64,000 bases of DNA from the human T2T-CHM13v2.0 reference genome, Homo sapiens. Every line of letters begins with the position of its first letter. The first letter of the stretch is position 1. Below are positions 1 to 13,158 of the stretch, one piece after another. Position numbers and translations under genes: made by a program. The stretch lies in NCBI RefSeq assembly GCF_009914755.1, contig NC_060931.1. The stretch is one strand, 5' to 3'. The notes under the pieces are model-generated. The model was given only the letters and a program-made list of their open reading frames with translations. It was not told the origin of the DNA and made no database searches.

Positions 1-1020
1 TCTCCCAAACTGCCTGCATCATAAATGCTGGGGTGTCCCAGGGCTTTGATCTGAGATCTTATTTCATCTCTGTCTTCATTTATTCTTTCAATGGTTCTAT
101 CCAGTTCTATTGCTGTGAAAATCTCCTGGATGCTGGTGCTTCCAGTCCTGACCACTAAGCTGAGTTCTGACTTATGTGTCCAACCACTTACTTGAAACCA
201 CTACTTGGGTGAATACACATCTCAAAATTCATTTGTCCAAGTAAAGTTCATGGCTGCCATTTTTCTGAAGTGGGGGAGGCTGGAAGAGAACCATTTGGGG
301 TTCAAGTGGAGAGGTGACAGGTTACTGGCTAAACATTTACAGAACACCCTTCACTTGATATCTTTTACCTTACCTTGACCGTCTGGTTCATCTGCAAACG
401 CAGTCAGACCTTCATCTCCAACATAGATCACCATTGCATTGGCTTTCTCCATTTTTGTTACTGTAGACCACATTGCCTTTGCTTTTCTTCTGGTGTAAGA
501 CAAAAGCTTCCTTGAAGGTCTCTCTGCTTCCTCTTTCACCCATTCCAGTCATTCTTCCACTGGCAACTACAGTGACTTTTCAAGCCTTCATTTGCCTCCT
601 AAGACCTATCAGGGGAGTCTGATTGTCAGAATGAATAGGCTTCTTGTCATCTGTGGCCCGTCATTGACTCCCTGTCTCTTACCCTCACACTCTGCACTAT
701 GTTGTAGCTAGGCTCAATGATTTTCTTTCTATTTTTTAAACATGTGAGGCTCTTCTCCTTCTTTGGGATTATAGAGAAAATATGACACAAATTAATTAAT
801 TTTCACATTATGATGCCTTATCTGAATCAGATTTCAAGCTCCTTGAGAGCAAAGACCCAATGTAATGCTGTCTCCAACATCCCTACCTTTCCCTCTGGCC
901 TCTTCCCTTTGTCTGTGTCTAGGACAGTGATTTGTACCATTTCATTTGACAGTTTGTTTTCTGGGCATCTACTATGTGTCAGGTTACAATTACGTGCTCG
1001 GAGCTTAGTAGATGTTAGAT
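1..1020 (+). mobile_element. L2 LINE, degraded 3' portion (several fragments)
   Basis: L2-like motifs ggggtgtcccagggc (30), catctcaaaattcatttgtccaa (~218), aagctccttgagagcaaagacc (836); highly diverged. Confidence 0.7.
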
Positions 1021-4000
1021 GTTGAGGTTGTTTCTCTCTTACTTTAGAACACATGCCATTGCAGGATGAGGATGGGAGTAAGGAGACACCCATGGTGATA
1101 AATAAGGGGAGTGTCAGTGCAGATTTTCAACTTCGGTAGAACTTCATTATTCTAATGAATTTTGAAAACTATCATGAGCTAACTTTATTGCTTTGGATCA
1201 GTAATTGACTAAATAGTGCCTTAGTTGTTTGCGAGAGTAAATATAATTTCCCAAAGTGCTAAATTCACTCCTAGGCTGTAGCTGAGAGACTCACACTTAA
1301 TGGAAAATAATGATATCCCTAACTAGAGTAGACAACAGGCAAGGTAAACCCTTGCTTATCTTCCTTTCCTCTGATAAACATCTTCTACTAAGAATTTTGT
1401 CTGAAACACAGCAGAACAGTAAATCAAAGCACGTTAAAGAGGGAAATATTACTCTTTCAGCAAAAGACTACCTTCAGACGTAAACACAACAACTACAAAA
1501 TGTTAGGTGTAAGGCCATGTCTGTTCAGGTGTTATACTTGGATGTGGAGAATGTACCTTATATCTTTGCTTCAAGGCTTTGTCTTAAAACAAATACATTT
1601 AAAGCAAGTCTTGCTAGGTCATCACCAAAAGCTTCCTTGCTAATGCAAGTGGAATTAGCTACCAGGTATAAACATTGCATAGAAGCTTAGCTCTCGGAGT
1701 TTAGTAAGCAAGCTTAAGCATTTCCCGTAAATTTTAAGCTGTTAGTTATAAAAGAGCAGAGCAGCTTGGCATCTTAGGTGGAATGAGGATATTCCATTCT
1801 GGTTAAAAATCATAAGGGGCTTATGGAAATGAGTGGCGTGGTGTTAGTTATCTTGAAAAATGTAAGTATATATTTTCATTTTCTGCTCAAATAAAATTGG
1901 AATCAGAGAAGAGGAAACTTAGGCAAACCCGAGGGATTTTTTTCTTCTTTTCTGTCAGAAGAGTGAAGTCTGCGGTGTAAGCCTGTATCCAGGACCTTTT
2001 ATTCCCCACAATTTTTTTTTATTGTGGTAAAATATCACATAACATAAAGTTTATTATCTTAGCCATTTTAAATTTACAGTTCATTGGCATTAAATACATT
2101 TATAATGTTGCACAACCGTCACCACCATCTGTCTCCACGTCTCTTTTCATCTCACAGAACTGAAACTCTGTACCCGCTAAACAGTAGCTCCCCATTCCCT
2201 TCTACCCCAGCCCCTGGTAACCACCATTCTACTTTGTCTCTGATTCTAATGTAAATATCTCATGTAAGTGGAATCATAAAGCATTTGTCTTTTTGTGATT
2301 GGATTATTGCACGTAGCATAATGTCTTCAAGTTTCATCCGTGTAGTACATGTGGCAGGCTTTTCTTTCTTTGTAGGGCTAACAATCCATTCTCTGGGTAG
2401 ACCGCATTTTGCTTATCCATTCATCTGTTAATGGACACTGGGGTTACTTCCACATTTAGATATTGGGAGTAATACAGCTATAAACAAGGTTGTACACGTA
2501 TCTTTTGGAGATGCTGTTTTCCATTCTTTTAAGTATATACCCAGAAGTGTAATTGCTGGATCACATAGTAATTATATTTTTAATTTTTTCGGGAAACAAC
2601 ATACTGTTTTCTACAGTGGCTGCAACAGTTTACATTCCCATCAACCATGCAAAAGGGTTCCAATTTCCCCACATCCTTGCCAATACTTGTTATTTTCTGT
2701 TTTTATTTTATTTTATGGAAGCCATCCTAATGGGTGTGAAGTAGTATCTCATTGTAGTTTTGACTTACATTTCCCTAATAATTAGTGATGATGAACATTT
2801 TATCATGTGCTTATTGGCCATTTTATATATTCTATGGAGAAATGTCTATTTAAGTCCTTTGCCCATTTTTGAATTGAATTGTTGTTTATTGTTGTTGAGT
2901 TTTAGGAGTTCTTTATATATTCTGGATATTAATCTCGTAATAAATATATTATTTGCAAATATTTTCTCCCATTCTGTGGGTTGCCTTTTTACTTTGTTGA
3001 TATTGCATTTAGATGCACAAAATTTGTAATTTTCATGAAGTCCAATTTGTCTATTTTTTATTTCGTTGCCTGTATTTTTAGTGTCATAATCAAGAAATCA
3101 TTGCCAAGTGCAATGTCATGAAGCTTTTGTCCTATGTTTTCTTCTATGAGTTTTATACTTTTAGGTCTTACATTTAAGTCTTCGATCCATTCTGACTTTG
3201 TATATGGTGTTAGGTAAAGAGCCAACTTTATTCTTTTGCATGTGGATATTTAGTTTTCCAAGCACTATATGTTGAAAAAATCATCTTTTCCCCATTATAT
3301 GGTCTTGGCACCCTTGTTGAAAGTCATTTGATCATATTATATGAGTATGTATTTCTGGGCTTTCTATTCTTTTCCAGTGGTCAATATGTCTGTCTTTATG
3401 CCAGTATCACACTGTTTTGATTACTGTAACTCTGTAGTAAGTTTTGAGATCAGAAAGTGTGACTCTTACAACTTTTTTTTCTTTGCAAGATTGTTGTGGT
3501 TACTTAGGGTTCCTTGAGATTCCATATTAATTTTAGAATAGATTTTTCTACCTCTGCAAACAATCATTGTGGTTTTGATAGGAACAGCATAAATCTGTAA
3601 GTTGCTTTCAATAGTTTTGTCATCTTAACAGTATTGTCTTCCAATCCATGAACATGGGGTATGTTTCCATTTGTTTGTGTCCTCTTTAGTTTCTCTATAT
3701 TAGCAATGTTTTACTGTGTTCATTATACAAGTCTTTCACCTCCTTGGTCAAATTAATTTCTAATTATTTTATTCTTTTAGATGTTATTTTAAATGGAATT
3801 GTTTTTGTAAATTCCCATTCATATTGTTAATTGTTAGTGAATATAAATGCAACTGATTTTTATGTGTTGACTCTGTACCTTGCTTCTTTGCTAAACCTAT
3901 TAATTCTAACAGTTTTTTTTGGGCGGGGCGGGGAGCGGGAATCTTTAGAGTTTCCAATATGTAAGATCATACCATCTCTGAATAGAGATCATTTTACTTC

Positions 4001-5715
4001 TTCCTTCTCAATTTAAATGCATTTTATATATTTTTCACGTCTAATTTCTCTGGCTAGAATATCCAGTATGATGTTGAATAGAAATGATGCAAGTGAGCAT
4101 CTTTGCCTTGTCCCTGATCTTGGAGGAAAAGCTTTCAGTCTTTCCTCCATTGAGTATACAATGTTTGCTGTGGGTTTTTCATATGTGGCTTTTTATTATG
4201 TTGAGGTAATTTCCTTCTATTTCTGGTTTCTTGAGTGTAATTTTGTCAAGTGCTTTTTCTGCATCTCTTAAGATAATCACTTGGCTTTTCCCCTTCATTC
4301 TATTAATGGATTGTGTTACACTGATCAATTTTTGTATGTTGCACCATACTTGCAACTTAGGAATAAATCCTACTTTGTCATAGTGTATGATTCTTTTAAT
4401 ATGCTGTTGAATTTGATTTGCTAGTAGTTGCTTGAGAATTTTTACATCAATGTGCATAAGAGATATAGTTTTCTTTTCAATGGTATCTTTGGCTTTGATT
4501 TCAGGGTAATGCTGGCCTAACAGAATGAGTGAGGAAGTGTTCCTTCCTCTTCAATTTTTTGGAAAAGTTTGAGAAAAATTGGTGTTAGTTCTTTAAATGT
4601 TTGGTAAAATTCACCAGTTAAGCCATTAGTTCCAGGGTGTTTCTTTTTTAGGAGATTTTTGATTACTGAATCAATCTCTTTATTAGTTATAGGTCTATTC
4701 AGATTTTCCGTTTCTTTGCAATTTAGTCTTGGTAGGTCTTGTTATTCTAGAAATTTGTCCAAATTAGGTTATTCAATTTTTGTTGTACTATTGTACATAG
4801 TACTCTCTTATAATTCTTTTTATTTCTGTAGAACCAGTAGCAATGTCCCTGCTTTCATTTCTGATTTTAATAATTTGAGTATTCTCTCTTTTTAAATTTG
4901 AATTCATCTAGCTAAAAGTTTCTCAATTTTGTTGATCTTTTCAAAGAACCAGCTTTGGTTTTATTGGTTTTCTCTATTGTTTTTGTATTCTCTATTTCAC
5001 TTACCTCTGTTCTAATCTTTATTATTACCTTCCTTCTGCTAGGTTTGGGTTTAGTTTGTTGTTCTTTTTCTGGTTTCTAAAGTTGTCAAGTTAGGTTGTT
5101 AATTTGAAATCTTTTTTTTTAATGTAAGTGTTTATAGCTATAAAATTTCTTCTTAGTAGTGCTTTCATTGCATTCCATAAATTTTGGTATGCTGTGTTTT
5201 TGTTTTCATTTATGTCTAAGTATTATTTTCCAGTTTCCCTTGTAATATCTTCTTTGAGCTATTGGTTGTTTAAGAGTGTGTTATTTAATTTCCACAAATT
5301 TGTGAGTGTTTAGTTTTATTCCTGTTATTTATTTTTAACTTCATCTGTTGTGGTTGGAGAAGATATGTTGCATGAAATCTATCTTTTAAAATCTACAGAG
5401 GCTTAATTGGTGGGCCAGCATATGGCATATCCTGGAAAATGTCCCATGCGCACTTACGAGGAATGTGTATGTTGTCACTATTGGGCAGAGTGTTCTGTAT
5501 ATGTGTGTTATATTTAGTTGGTTTATTGTATTGTTTAAGTCCTCTCTTTCCTTATTTATCCTCTGTATGTTGTTCTATCCATTACTGGGGGGGAGCATTG
5601 AAGTCTTCAACTATTATTATAGAACTATTTTGCCTTCAATTATGTCAGTTTTGTTTTGTCTGTTTTAATAGTCTGTAATTAAGTGTTTAAATATTTATAA
5701 TTGTTATAATTTCTT

Positions 5716-6005
5716 GTTTTTTTGAGATAGGGTCTCACTCTGTTGCCCAGGCTGGAGTGCAGTGGCACGATCATAGCTCACTGCAGTCTCTACTTCAAGG
5801 CTCAAACAATCCTCCCTTCTCAGTCTCCCAAATAGCTGTGACTACTGGCACACACTACCACACCTGGATTTTTTTTAAAACTTTTGGTAGAGATGGGGCC
5901 TCACTATGTTGTCCAGAGTGGTCTGGAACTTCTGAGCGCAAGTGATTCTCTCATGTTGGCCCCTCAAAGTGCTGAGATTACAGGCTTGAGCCACCATGCC
6001 TGGCC
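5716..6005 (-). mobile_element. Alu (AluJ-like) inserted in L1MB
   Basis: Alu dimer in reverse with J-like cgatcatagctcactgcag; approximate TSD ttataa(t/c)ttctt. Confidence 0.92.
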
Positions 6006-6077
6006 TATAATTATAACTTCTTACTCTATTGACATTTTTATTAATATATGTCTTTCCTTGTCTTTTGTAAATTTTTA

Positions 6078-6263
6078 AAAATCTGCAACTTTTTGGGCAA
6101 TCATATGATGCCCAAAGGAAATGCTCATTGGAGCATTTTAGATTCTGAACTTTTGAATTTGGGATGCTGAATCAGTAACTGTAATGCAAATATTTTAAAA
6201 TAAAAAATCTAAAATTTAAAACGCTTCTGGTCCCAAGTATTTTAGATAAGAGACATTGAACCT
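6078..6263 (-). mobile_element. TcMar-Tigger MITE fragment (Tigger4a/MER46A-like)
   Basis: caaaggaaatgctcattggagcattt...cttctggtcccaagtattttagataag matches the recalled reverse-complement consensus. Confidence 0.75.
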
Positions 6264-6681
6264 TTATAGCCATCCCTGCTCTCTTTTGGTGAGTATTTGC
6301 ATGAGTTCTTCAACCTTTTTCCATCCCTTCACTTTCACCCTATTTGTGTCTTTGGATCTAAAGTGAGCCTCTTGTAGTCCTCATATAATTAGATCATGTA
6401 TTTTTATGCATTCTGCTACTCTTTGTCTTTTAATTGGACAACGATAAGAAAGGACTTACTTTTGTCATTTTACTACCTGTTTTCCATACATCTTATGGCT
6501 TTTTTGTTTCTCATTTCTTACATCACTGTCTTTTTTTGTGTTTGGTTGATTTTTTTGGTATTGAAATGTTTTATCATTTCGTTTTGTGTATGTTCTATAG
6601 CTATTTTCTTTACGGATATCATAGGGATTACATTTAACATCCTAAGGTTGTAATACTCTAATTTAAATTTATATTAGTTTA

Positions 6682-6989
<308 letters not shown>

Positions 6990-7085
6990 TTAGTTTAACT
7001 TTAACAACATACAAATACTCTGCTTTTTTACAGCTCCATCCCCACTCCTTTTAGTTGTTGATGTCACAAAATTATATCCTTTTAT

Positions 7086-7439
7086 AAGCATACCTAATTT
7101 TTTTGTCTTTATTGACCTTCTTTATTGCCCTTTGTCTTGAATTTTTTACAAATTGATGGTTTGCAGGAACCCTGTGTTGAGGAAGTCTATTGGCATGATT
7201 TGTTTTCAACAGCATGTGCTTACCTCATTAGCATTTTAAGAAATACAATATTTTTAAATTGAAGTATGTGCATTTTAAAGACATAATGCTATTATATACA
7301 TAATAGACAACAGAATGGTATTAACATAACTTTTATATGCACTTGGAAACCAAAAAATGTGTGTGACTTTCTTTATTACGATATTTGCTTTATTGTGGTA
7401 GTCTGGACCTGAACCCATGATATTTCTGATGTAGGTTTA
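7086..7439 (+). mobile_element. Tigger1 internally deleted derivative
   Basis: 5' end gcatacct...ttttttacaaattgatggtttg...caacagcatgtgct joined directly to the 3' end aacataacttttatatgcact...ctttattgtggtagtctgga. Confidence 0.75.
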
Positions 7440-7590
7440 TACATAGTGTGTCTCAAAACATAAGCTAATAATTCTTTAAAATGCATTAGTCTCTTAAATT
7501 ATGTAGAAAACAAAATGTGGAGTTACAAAACAAAGTTATAATCATACTAGCTTTTAGATTAATAATTGTTATTCTTTCAATGTATTAGTC

Positions 7591-7908
7591 TATGCTCTAA
7601 TCTTTATTTCCTTCTGCTGTTTGGGCTTACTTTGATCTTTTTCTACTTCCTTGAGGTTTAACTTTAGGTTGTTTATTTGAGATAGTCTTCTTTTTGATGT
7701 AAGTGTTTATTACTATAAAATTCCCTCTCAGAATTGCTTTTGCTGCATCCCATAAATTTCTGTATGTTGCATTTTCATTTTAGCTTGTCTCAAGATATTT
7801 TTACATTTCTCTTTTAATTTCTTGCTTGACCCATTGGTTTTTCAGAAGCAAGCTGTTTAATTTCCATTTATTTGCAAGTTTCCCAATATTTCTCCTGTCA
7901 CTGATTTC
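7591..7908 (-). mobile_element. Internal L1 ORF2 fragment (L1MA-like) inserted in the L1MB inter-ORF region
   Basis: Homologous to host segment ~5005-5335 but with different diagnostic bases; no tail and no long TSD. Confidence 0.75.
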
Positions 7909-7999
7909 TCTTAAATCACATAGAAAATAGACTGTTGTTATAACAAAACTAGCTTTTAAAATCGTCCATGTACTTACCGTTGTTGGGATCTTTACTTTT

Positions 8000-8081
8000 T
8001 CTCAAACTCCTGACCTTGTGATCCACCCGTCTCGGCCTCCTGAAGTGTTGGGATTACAGGCATGAGCCACCGCACCCAGTC
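8000..8081 (-). mobile_element. Alu 5' fragment (first ~82 nt only)
   Basis: ctcaaactcctgaccttgtgatccacccg...catgagccaccgcacccagtc; the right monomer and tail are absent. Confidence 0.9.
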
Positions 8082-9722
8082 TTATTTTTTTATATAGCTT
8101 TGAATTACTGTCTAGTGTCCTTTCATTTCACCCTGCAGGACTCTGTTGAGCATTTCTTGTAGGGAAGGTCTAGTAGTTATGAACCTCTCAGCCTTTTTCT
8201 TATCTGTGAATGTCTTAATTTCTCCCTCACTTTTGAAAACATGGTTTTGCTGGATATAGGATTCTTGGTTGACAAGGTTTTTTTTGTTTTTTTTAAACAC
8301 TTTGCAGGTATTGGTCCACTGCCTCATGGCTTCCAAACTTTTGCATGATAAATCTATTGTTAATCTTAGTGACAGTCACTTATATGTGATGAGTTTCTTG
8401 TCTCTTGCTGTTTTTGAGACTCTGTTTTTAAACGTTTGATTATATTGTGTGGATCTTTTTGAGTTTTTCTTACTTGAAATTTGTTGAGCTTCTTGAATTT
8501 TATATTCATGTCTTCCATCAAGTTTGGGAAGTTTTCAGTGATTATTTTAAAAATATTTTCTCTTCCCCTTTCTCTCTCTCTTCTCCTTCTGGTATTCCCA
8601 CAATGCATGTGTTGGTTCCCATGATGAAGTCTCACATGTCTCTTTGGCTCTATTTGCTTTTATCCAATTATTTTTTCTTTCTATTGCTCAGACTTGATAA
8701 TTCCTATTGTCCTATTTTCAAGTTCTCTGATTCTTTCTTATCCTTGCTCAAATCTGCCTTTGAATCCCTCTCTAGTAAATTTTAAATTTTAGTTATTGTA
8801 CTTTTCAGCTCCAAGATTTCTTTTTGTTTGTTTTTAAGCTTTCTTTCTCTTTATTGATATTTCCATTTTGTTCATACATCATTTTACTGACTTTTTCTTT
8901 ATCTTCCTTTAGTTCTTCAAACATCTCTAAGATGGTTATTTAAAACTTTTTGTCTAGCAGATCAGTCATCAGATCTTTTTCAGGGACAGTTTCTGTTGGA
9001 TAATTTTTTCCTTTGAATGTGCCATGTTTTGCTGTTTCTTCATATGCTTTACAGTTTTTGTTGTTGTTGTTAAAGGCTGGACATTTGAATCTAATAATGT
9101 GGGAGCTCTGGAAAGCAGATTCTCCCCCTTCCCTAGAGTTTGCTGTTTTTGTTATTGTTTTTGTTTATTGTTTTCATTTTTTGACTATTGTAGTCTTTCT
9201 CTGTGCCAAGGAAAAATACCAATTCCAGCTTTGACAACTGTAAGATGATCCCAGTGTCATGCCAGGTCCTTCCGTATTTCGTACGCTCCAGAAAACATCA
9301 TGATGAGAGTGAGTCAGCCATTAAAAACAAAACGAGGAACATCCAAGCTGGCACCTTGCTGAGTTGCTGGCAAACCCTGTGCTTTCCTGCCCCGCTGCTC
9401 TGCATGCGGCCACATCACCCTTTTTTTTTCTATCATATTATGATTCCAATGTCTGGGTAGATCATCTCAATTGGGGGAACATTCCACCTGCAAGCTAAAT
9501 CAGTGTGGATTTGTTTTCCCTCACTATCCATCTTTCAGTTCAATCATTTAGCAGTAAGAATATCAATAATGAACATATTATGGGGAGGACTTGGCAATCT
9601 ACTGTCAGTGCGAGGCCTTCAGAAGCTGGATGCCACCCCTCGGCCGGCTCGTAAATCCTGCTTTGGTGCATTCCCTGTCCAGCCTCCTGAGTGAGTGCTG
9701 ACATTACTAGCACTGCAACTCA

Positions 9723-10361
<639 letters not shown>

Positions 10362-10527
10362 CTACTCCCAGTTCGTCACAAGGGGGCTGGCTTCACAAGT
10401 CCAGTTTTAAATTTTTACAAAACCTGTAACTCATGAAGATTTTCCTGCCCACAATGTTGGAAGTCCCTTGTGATTGTAACTGGAAAGTTTCAATATTGGT
10501 GATGATTTAAGATACGAATGTTAGGGG

Positions 10528-10612
10528 GTTGTAAGCAATACATAAATAAGTTATTACATGTGAATGGCTTCAAACGGTGCCTGATCCGTGGTAAGCACTA
10601 CATGTGTGTTCG
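10528..10612 (+). mobile_element. MIR 3' fragment
   Basis: catgtgaatggcttcaaacggtgcctgatccgtggtaagcact resembles the MIR 3' consensus. Confidence 0.6.
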
Positions 10613-10680
10613 TAACGTACCACTGTTTGCATCCAGAATCATCACTAATGGGGGAACTCTGCAGTCACAACACAGGTGGA

Positions 10681-10977
10681 CAGGTTCCACACACTCCCTA
10701 TCTAAAGCCCTTCAGACCAGATGTGGTTTGAATAAATCTTTTCCTATCTTTTTATGCTGCCTATACCACATATAGTGTTACATCCTCAGCAGCACCTTAT
10801 TATTAAACATGTTACCATTTTCTCAAAGCAGTATATGAATATTTATGATTAGTCAGGAAAACCTAGACTATAAATTGTCTAATTTTAGTTCAGGTCAAAG
10901 TGATGCTGAAAAGTTATGAAACCACATTTCTCGAGCTTCTTGTGTTTTCGAATTGTGAATATGGGATTATGGACCTG
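10681..10977 (+). mobile_element. MER46C-like TcMar-Tigger MITE
   Basis: Terminal inverted repeats caggttccac.../...gggattatggacctg; internal agttcaggtcaaag. Confidence 0.7.
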
Positions 10978-11004
10978 TGTTAGTCAAGGTTCTCCAGAGA
11001 AACA

Positions 11005-11005
<1 letters not shown>

Positions 11006-11057
<52 letters not shown>
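11006..11057. repeat. (CA)n microsatellite
   Basis: About 26 perfect CA units. Confidence 0.97.
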
Positions 11058-11059
<2 letters not shown>

Positions 11060-11127
11060 GAAATTGGATCATGTGATTGTGGAGGCCAAGAAGTCCCACA
11101 ATCTGCTTTCTGCAAACTGGATAACCA

Positions 11128-11448
11128 TGCCAGGTGTGGTGGCTCATGCCTGTAATCCAAGCACTTTGGGAGGCTGAGGCCAGCAGATTACTGGAGTCCA
11201 GAAGTTCGTGACCAGCCTGGGCAACATGGCAAAACCCCATCTCTACCAAAAATACAAAAGTTAGCCGGGCACAGTGGCACACACCTGTAGTCCCAGCAAC
11301 TCGAGAGAGGGTGTCCCACTGAGATAGGAGCATCACTTGAACCTGGGAGACAGAGGTTGCAGTGAGCCGAGATTGCAGCACTGCATCCCAGCCTGAGCAA
11401 CAGAGCCATACCTTGTCTTAAAACAAACAAAAAACAAACAACAAAAAT
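11128..11448 (+). mobile_element. Alu (AluJ-like) nested in MLT2
   Basis: ccagcctgggcaacatggcaaaacccc; approximate TSD ctgga(t/g)aacca. Confidence 0.92.
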
Positions 11449-11799
11449 ACCTGGAGAACCAGAACAGCCAGTGGCTTCAGACTCAGTTTGAGTCTGAATA
11501 CTTGAGAACAGGAGTGCCGGTGTCCGAGGGCAGGAGAAGATGGATGTCCTGGGTCCAGAAGAGAGAGCACATTCATACTTCTGCTGCCTTTTGGTTCTAT
11601 TTGGGCCTTCGAGGGATGGGCTGGTGCCCACCCACGTTGGTGAGGGGAGATCTCCCTTACACAGTCTGCTGATTCAAATGCTAATCTCTTCTACAAACAC
11701 CTTCACAGGCACACCCAGAAATAATGTCTCACCAGCTACCTGGGCATCCTTTCATCCAGTCAGACCGACACTTAAAATTAACCATCATAGGACCTGTGT

Positions 11800-11915
11800 T
11801 AGTGTCCCTGGTCTACAGAAGAGGAACCTGAAGCAACCAGAGGTACCAAACCTCACCCAAAGTCAGAGCAGGACTTTGGATGCAGACAGTGGTCCCAGGC
11901 TTCCACTCTTACCTA
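11800..11915 (-). mobile_element. MIR fragment
   Basis: tacagaagaggaacctgaagc...cccaaagtca resembles the reverse MIR core. Confidence 0.55.
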
Positions 11916-12169
11916 ATGTGCAGCAGAAGCTGTCTGGTAAGACTGTGTTGATATGGAGCTCAACTAGGGCTTATGCCTTTGTTGTTTTCTTTGTATTGAA
12001 GATGCAATTGTGGAAGGATTGAGATTGTTTGCAGAGTGGCTGTGTGCAGAAGGAGAGCAACCTTTAGGGGACCCTTGAATTTGACTGCCTTATTTGGGAC
12101 AGAGGCAGCCTCAGCTTTGCCCTTTCTTGTGATTCTTTTCCTCTTTCTCTGTCTTCTGCCCAATTTGTC

Positions 12170-12452
12170 TTGCCACATGCCTGTGCCCTGACTGCCACTT
12201 GGTGTCCTACTCAGATCCCCTGTCCTGCCCCCAGAGACCCAGGGAATGGCCCTGCATGACAAAGACTCCCTGTGCCTCTGCCTCCTCTCGACCTATGAGG
12301 GATGGGAGATTATGGACAAATATGCCAGCAGCCTCGGCCCTCAATAGGAAGGTTCAGAGGGGCGTTGGATCCTCACTTTCTCACAGCAGTAAACCACTCA
12401 TGAATGCACTGTTATTGCCTTTGCTGTCTTCCCTGTCTCACTTCCCTGCTCC
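12170..12452 (+). mobile_element. LTR16-family (ERVL) LTR fragment
   Basis: cacagcagtaaaccactca...cttccctgtctcacttccc resembles the LTR16 3' region. Confidence 0.55.
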
Positions 12453-13158
12453 TAGTAGGCATTGCATGCTGTGACCATGGGTCATCAAATGCTGTGTGAC
12501 TGGAGCTGCCCGTCAAGAACTGGGCATTGTCAGATCCACCGAGTCCTGAGGTTTAGCAGGCACCACAACAGGACCACTTTCTTCCTACCCAGCAGTAAAG
12601 GACGTTCTTTGTCATCTTTCCTTACCTCTGCAGTAAAACCACCTTCATACAGAATTTTGGCTCCTGTTACTCAGAATTTCATGCCCGGTGATGAGTAATT
12701 GTCAGGGGTCCATCTGGGACAGTTCTATTGAATTTCAAAGGCAAGATTTACTGATAATTTTTTCCTCATCTCACCTGTGAAAGGATGCTCCACTGCAGTG
12801 GTGATGATTGTCCCTGTGTGGGAACAATTTTGCTTTCTCTCCTTTTTCATCAGTGTATTTTACACATACAGCAAAATGATGTTTTACAATATTGATTTAT
12901 GACTCATTCCTTTTTCCTCCCACAATTTCCCCTTATCCATTCACCCATATGATCAAGGAGCAGGCTTAATAATTCGTGTCAAGAAAGTAAGTGTGTGGGA
13001 GAGTTTAAGGTAAAGTGGTGTGTATGACCCATCCTCCCTGCTGAGAGCTTATGAGAATTTGGGGCAAATTAGGAAGATCTTGCAGAAGCAAGGGAGGGAA
13101 CAGTACTGAGACCAAAACTGACTTTTGGCTCCTGTTACTCAGAATTTCTGCTAGAGAT

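Larger units (their letters stand above)
10976..11789 (-). mobile_element. MLT2 (ERVL) solo LTR containing a (CA)n tract and an Alu
   Basis: tgtgttagtcaaggttctccagagaaaca ... aaaattaaccatcata; 5-bp TSD ggacc at 10971-10975 and 11790-11794. Confidence 0.85.

Noticed and set aside
12688-12754. C-box GTGATGA and D-box CTGA at snoRNA-like spacing
   Set aside because: No terminal stem, no convincing C'/D' boxes and no guide sequence that I recognise.
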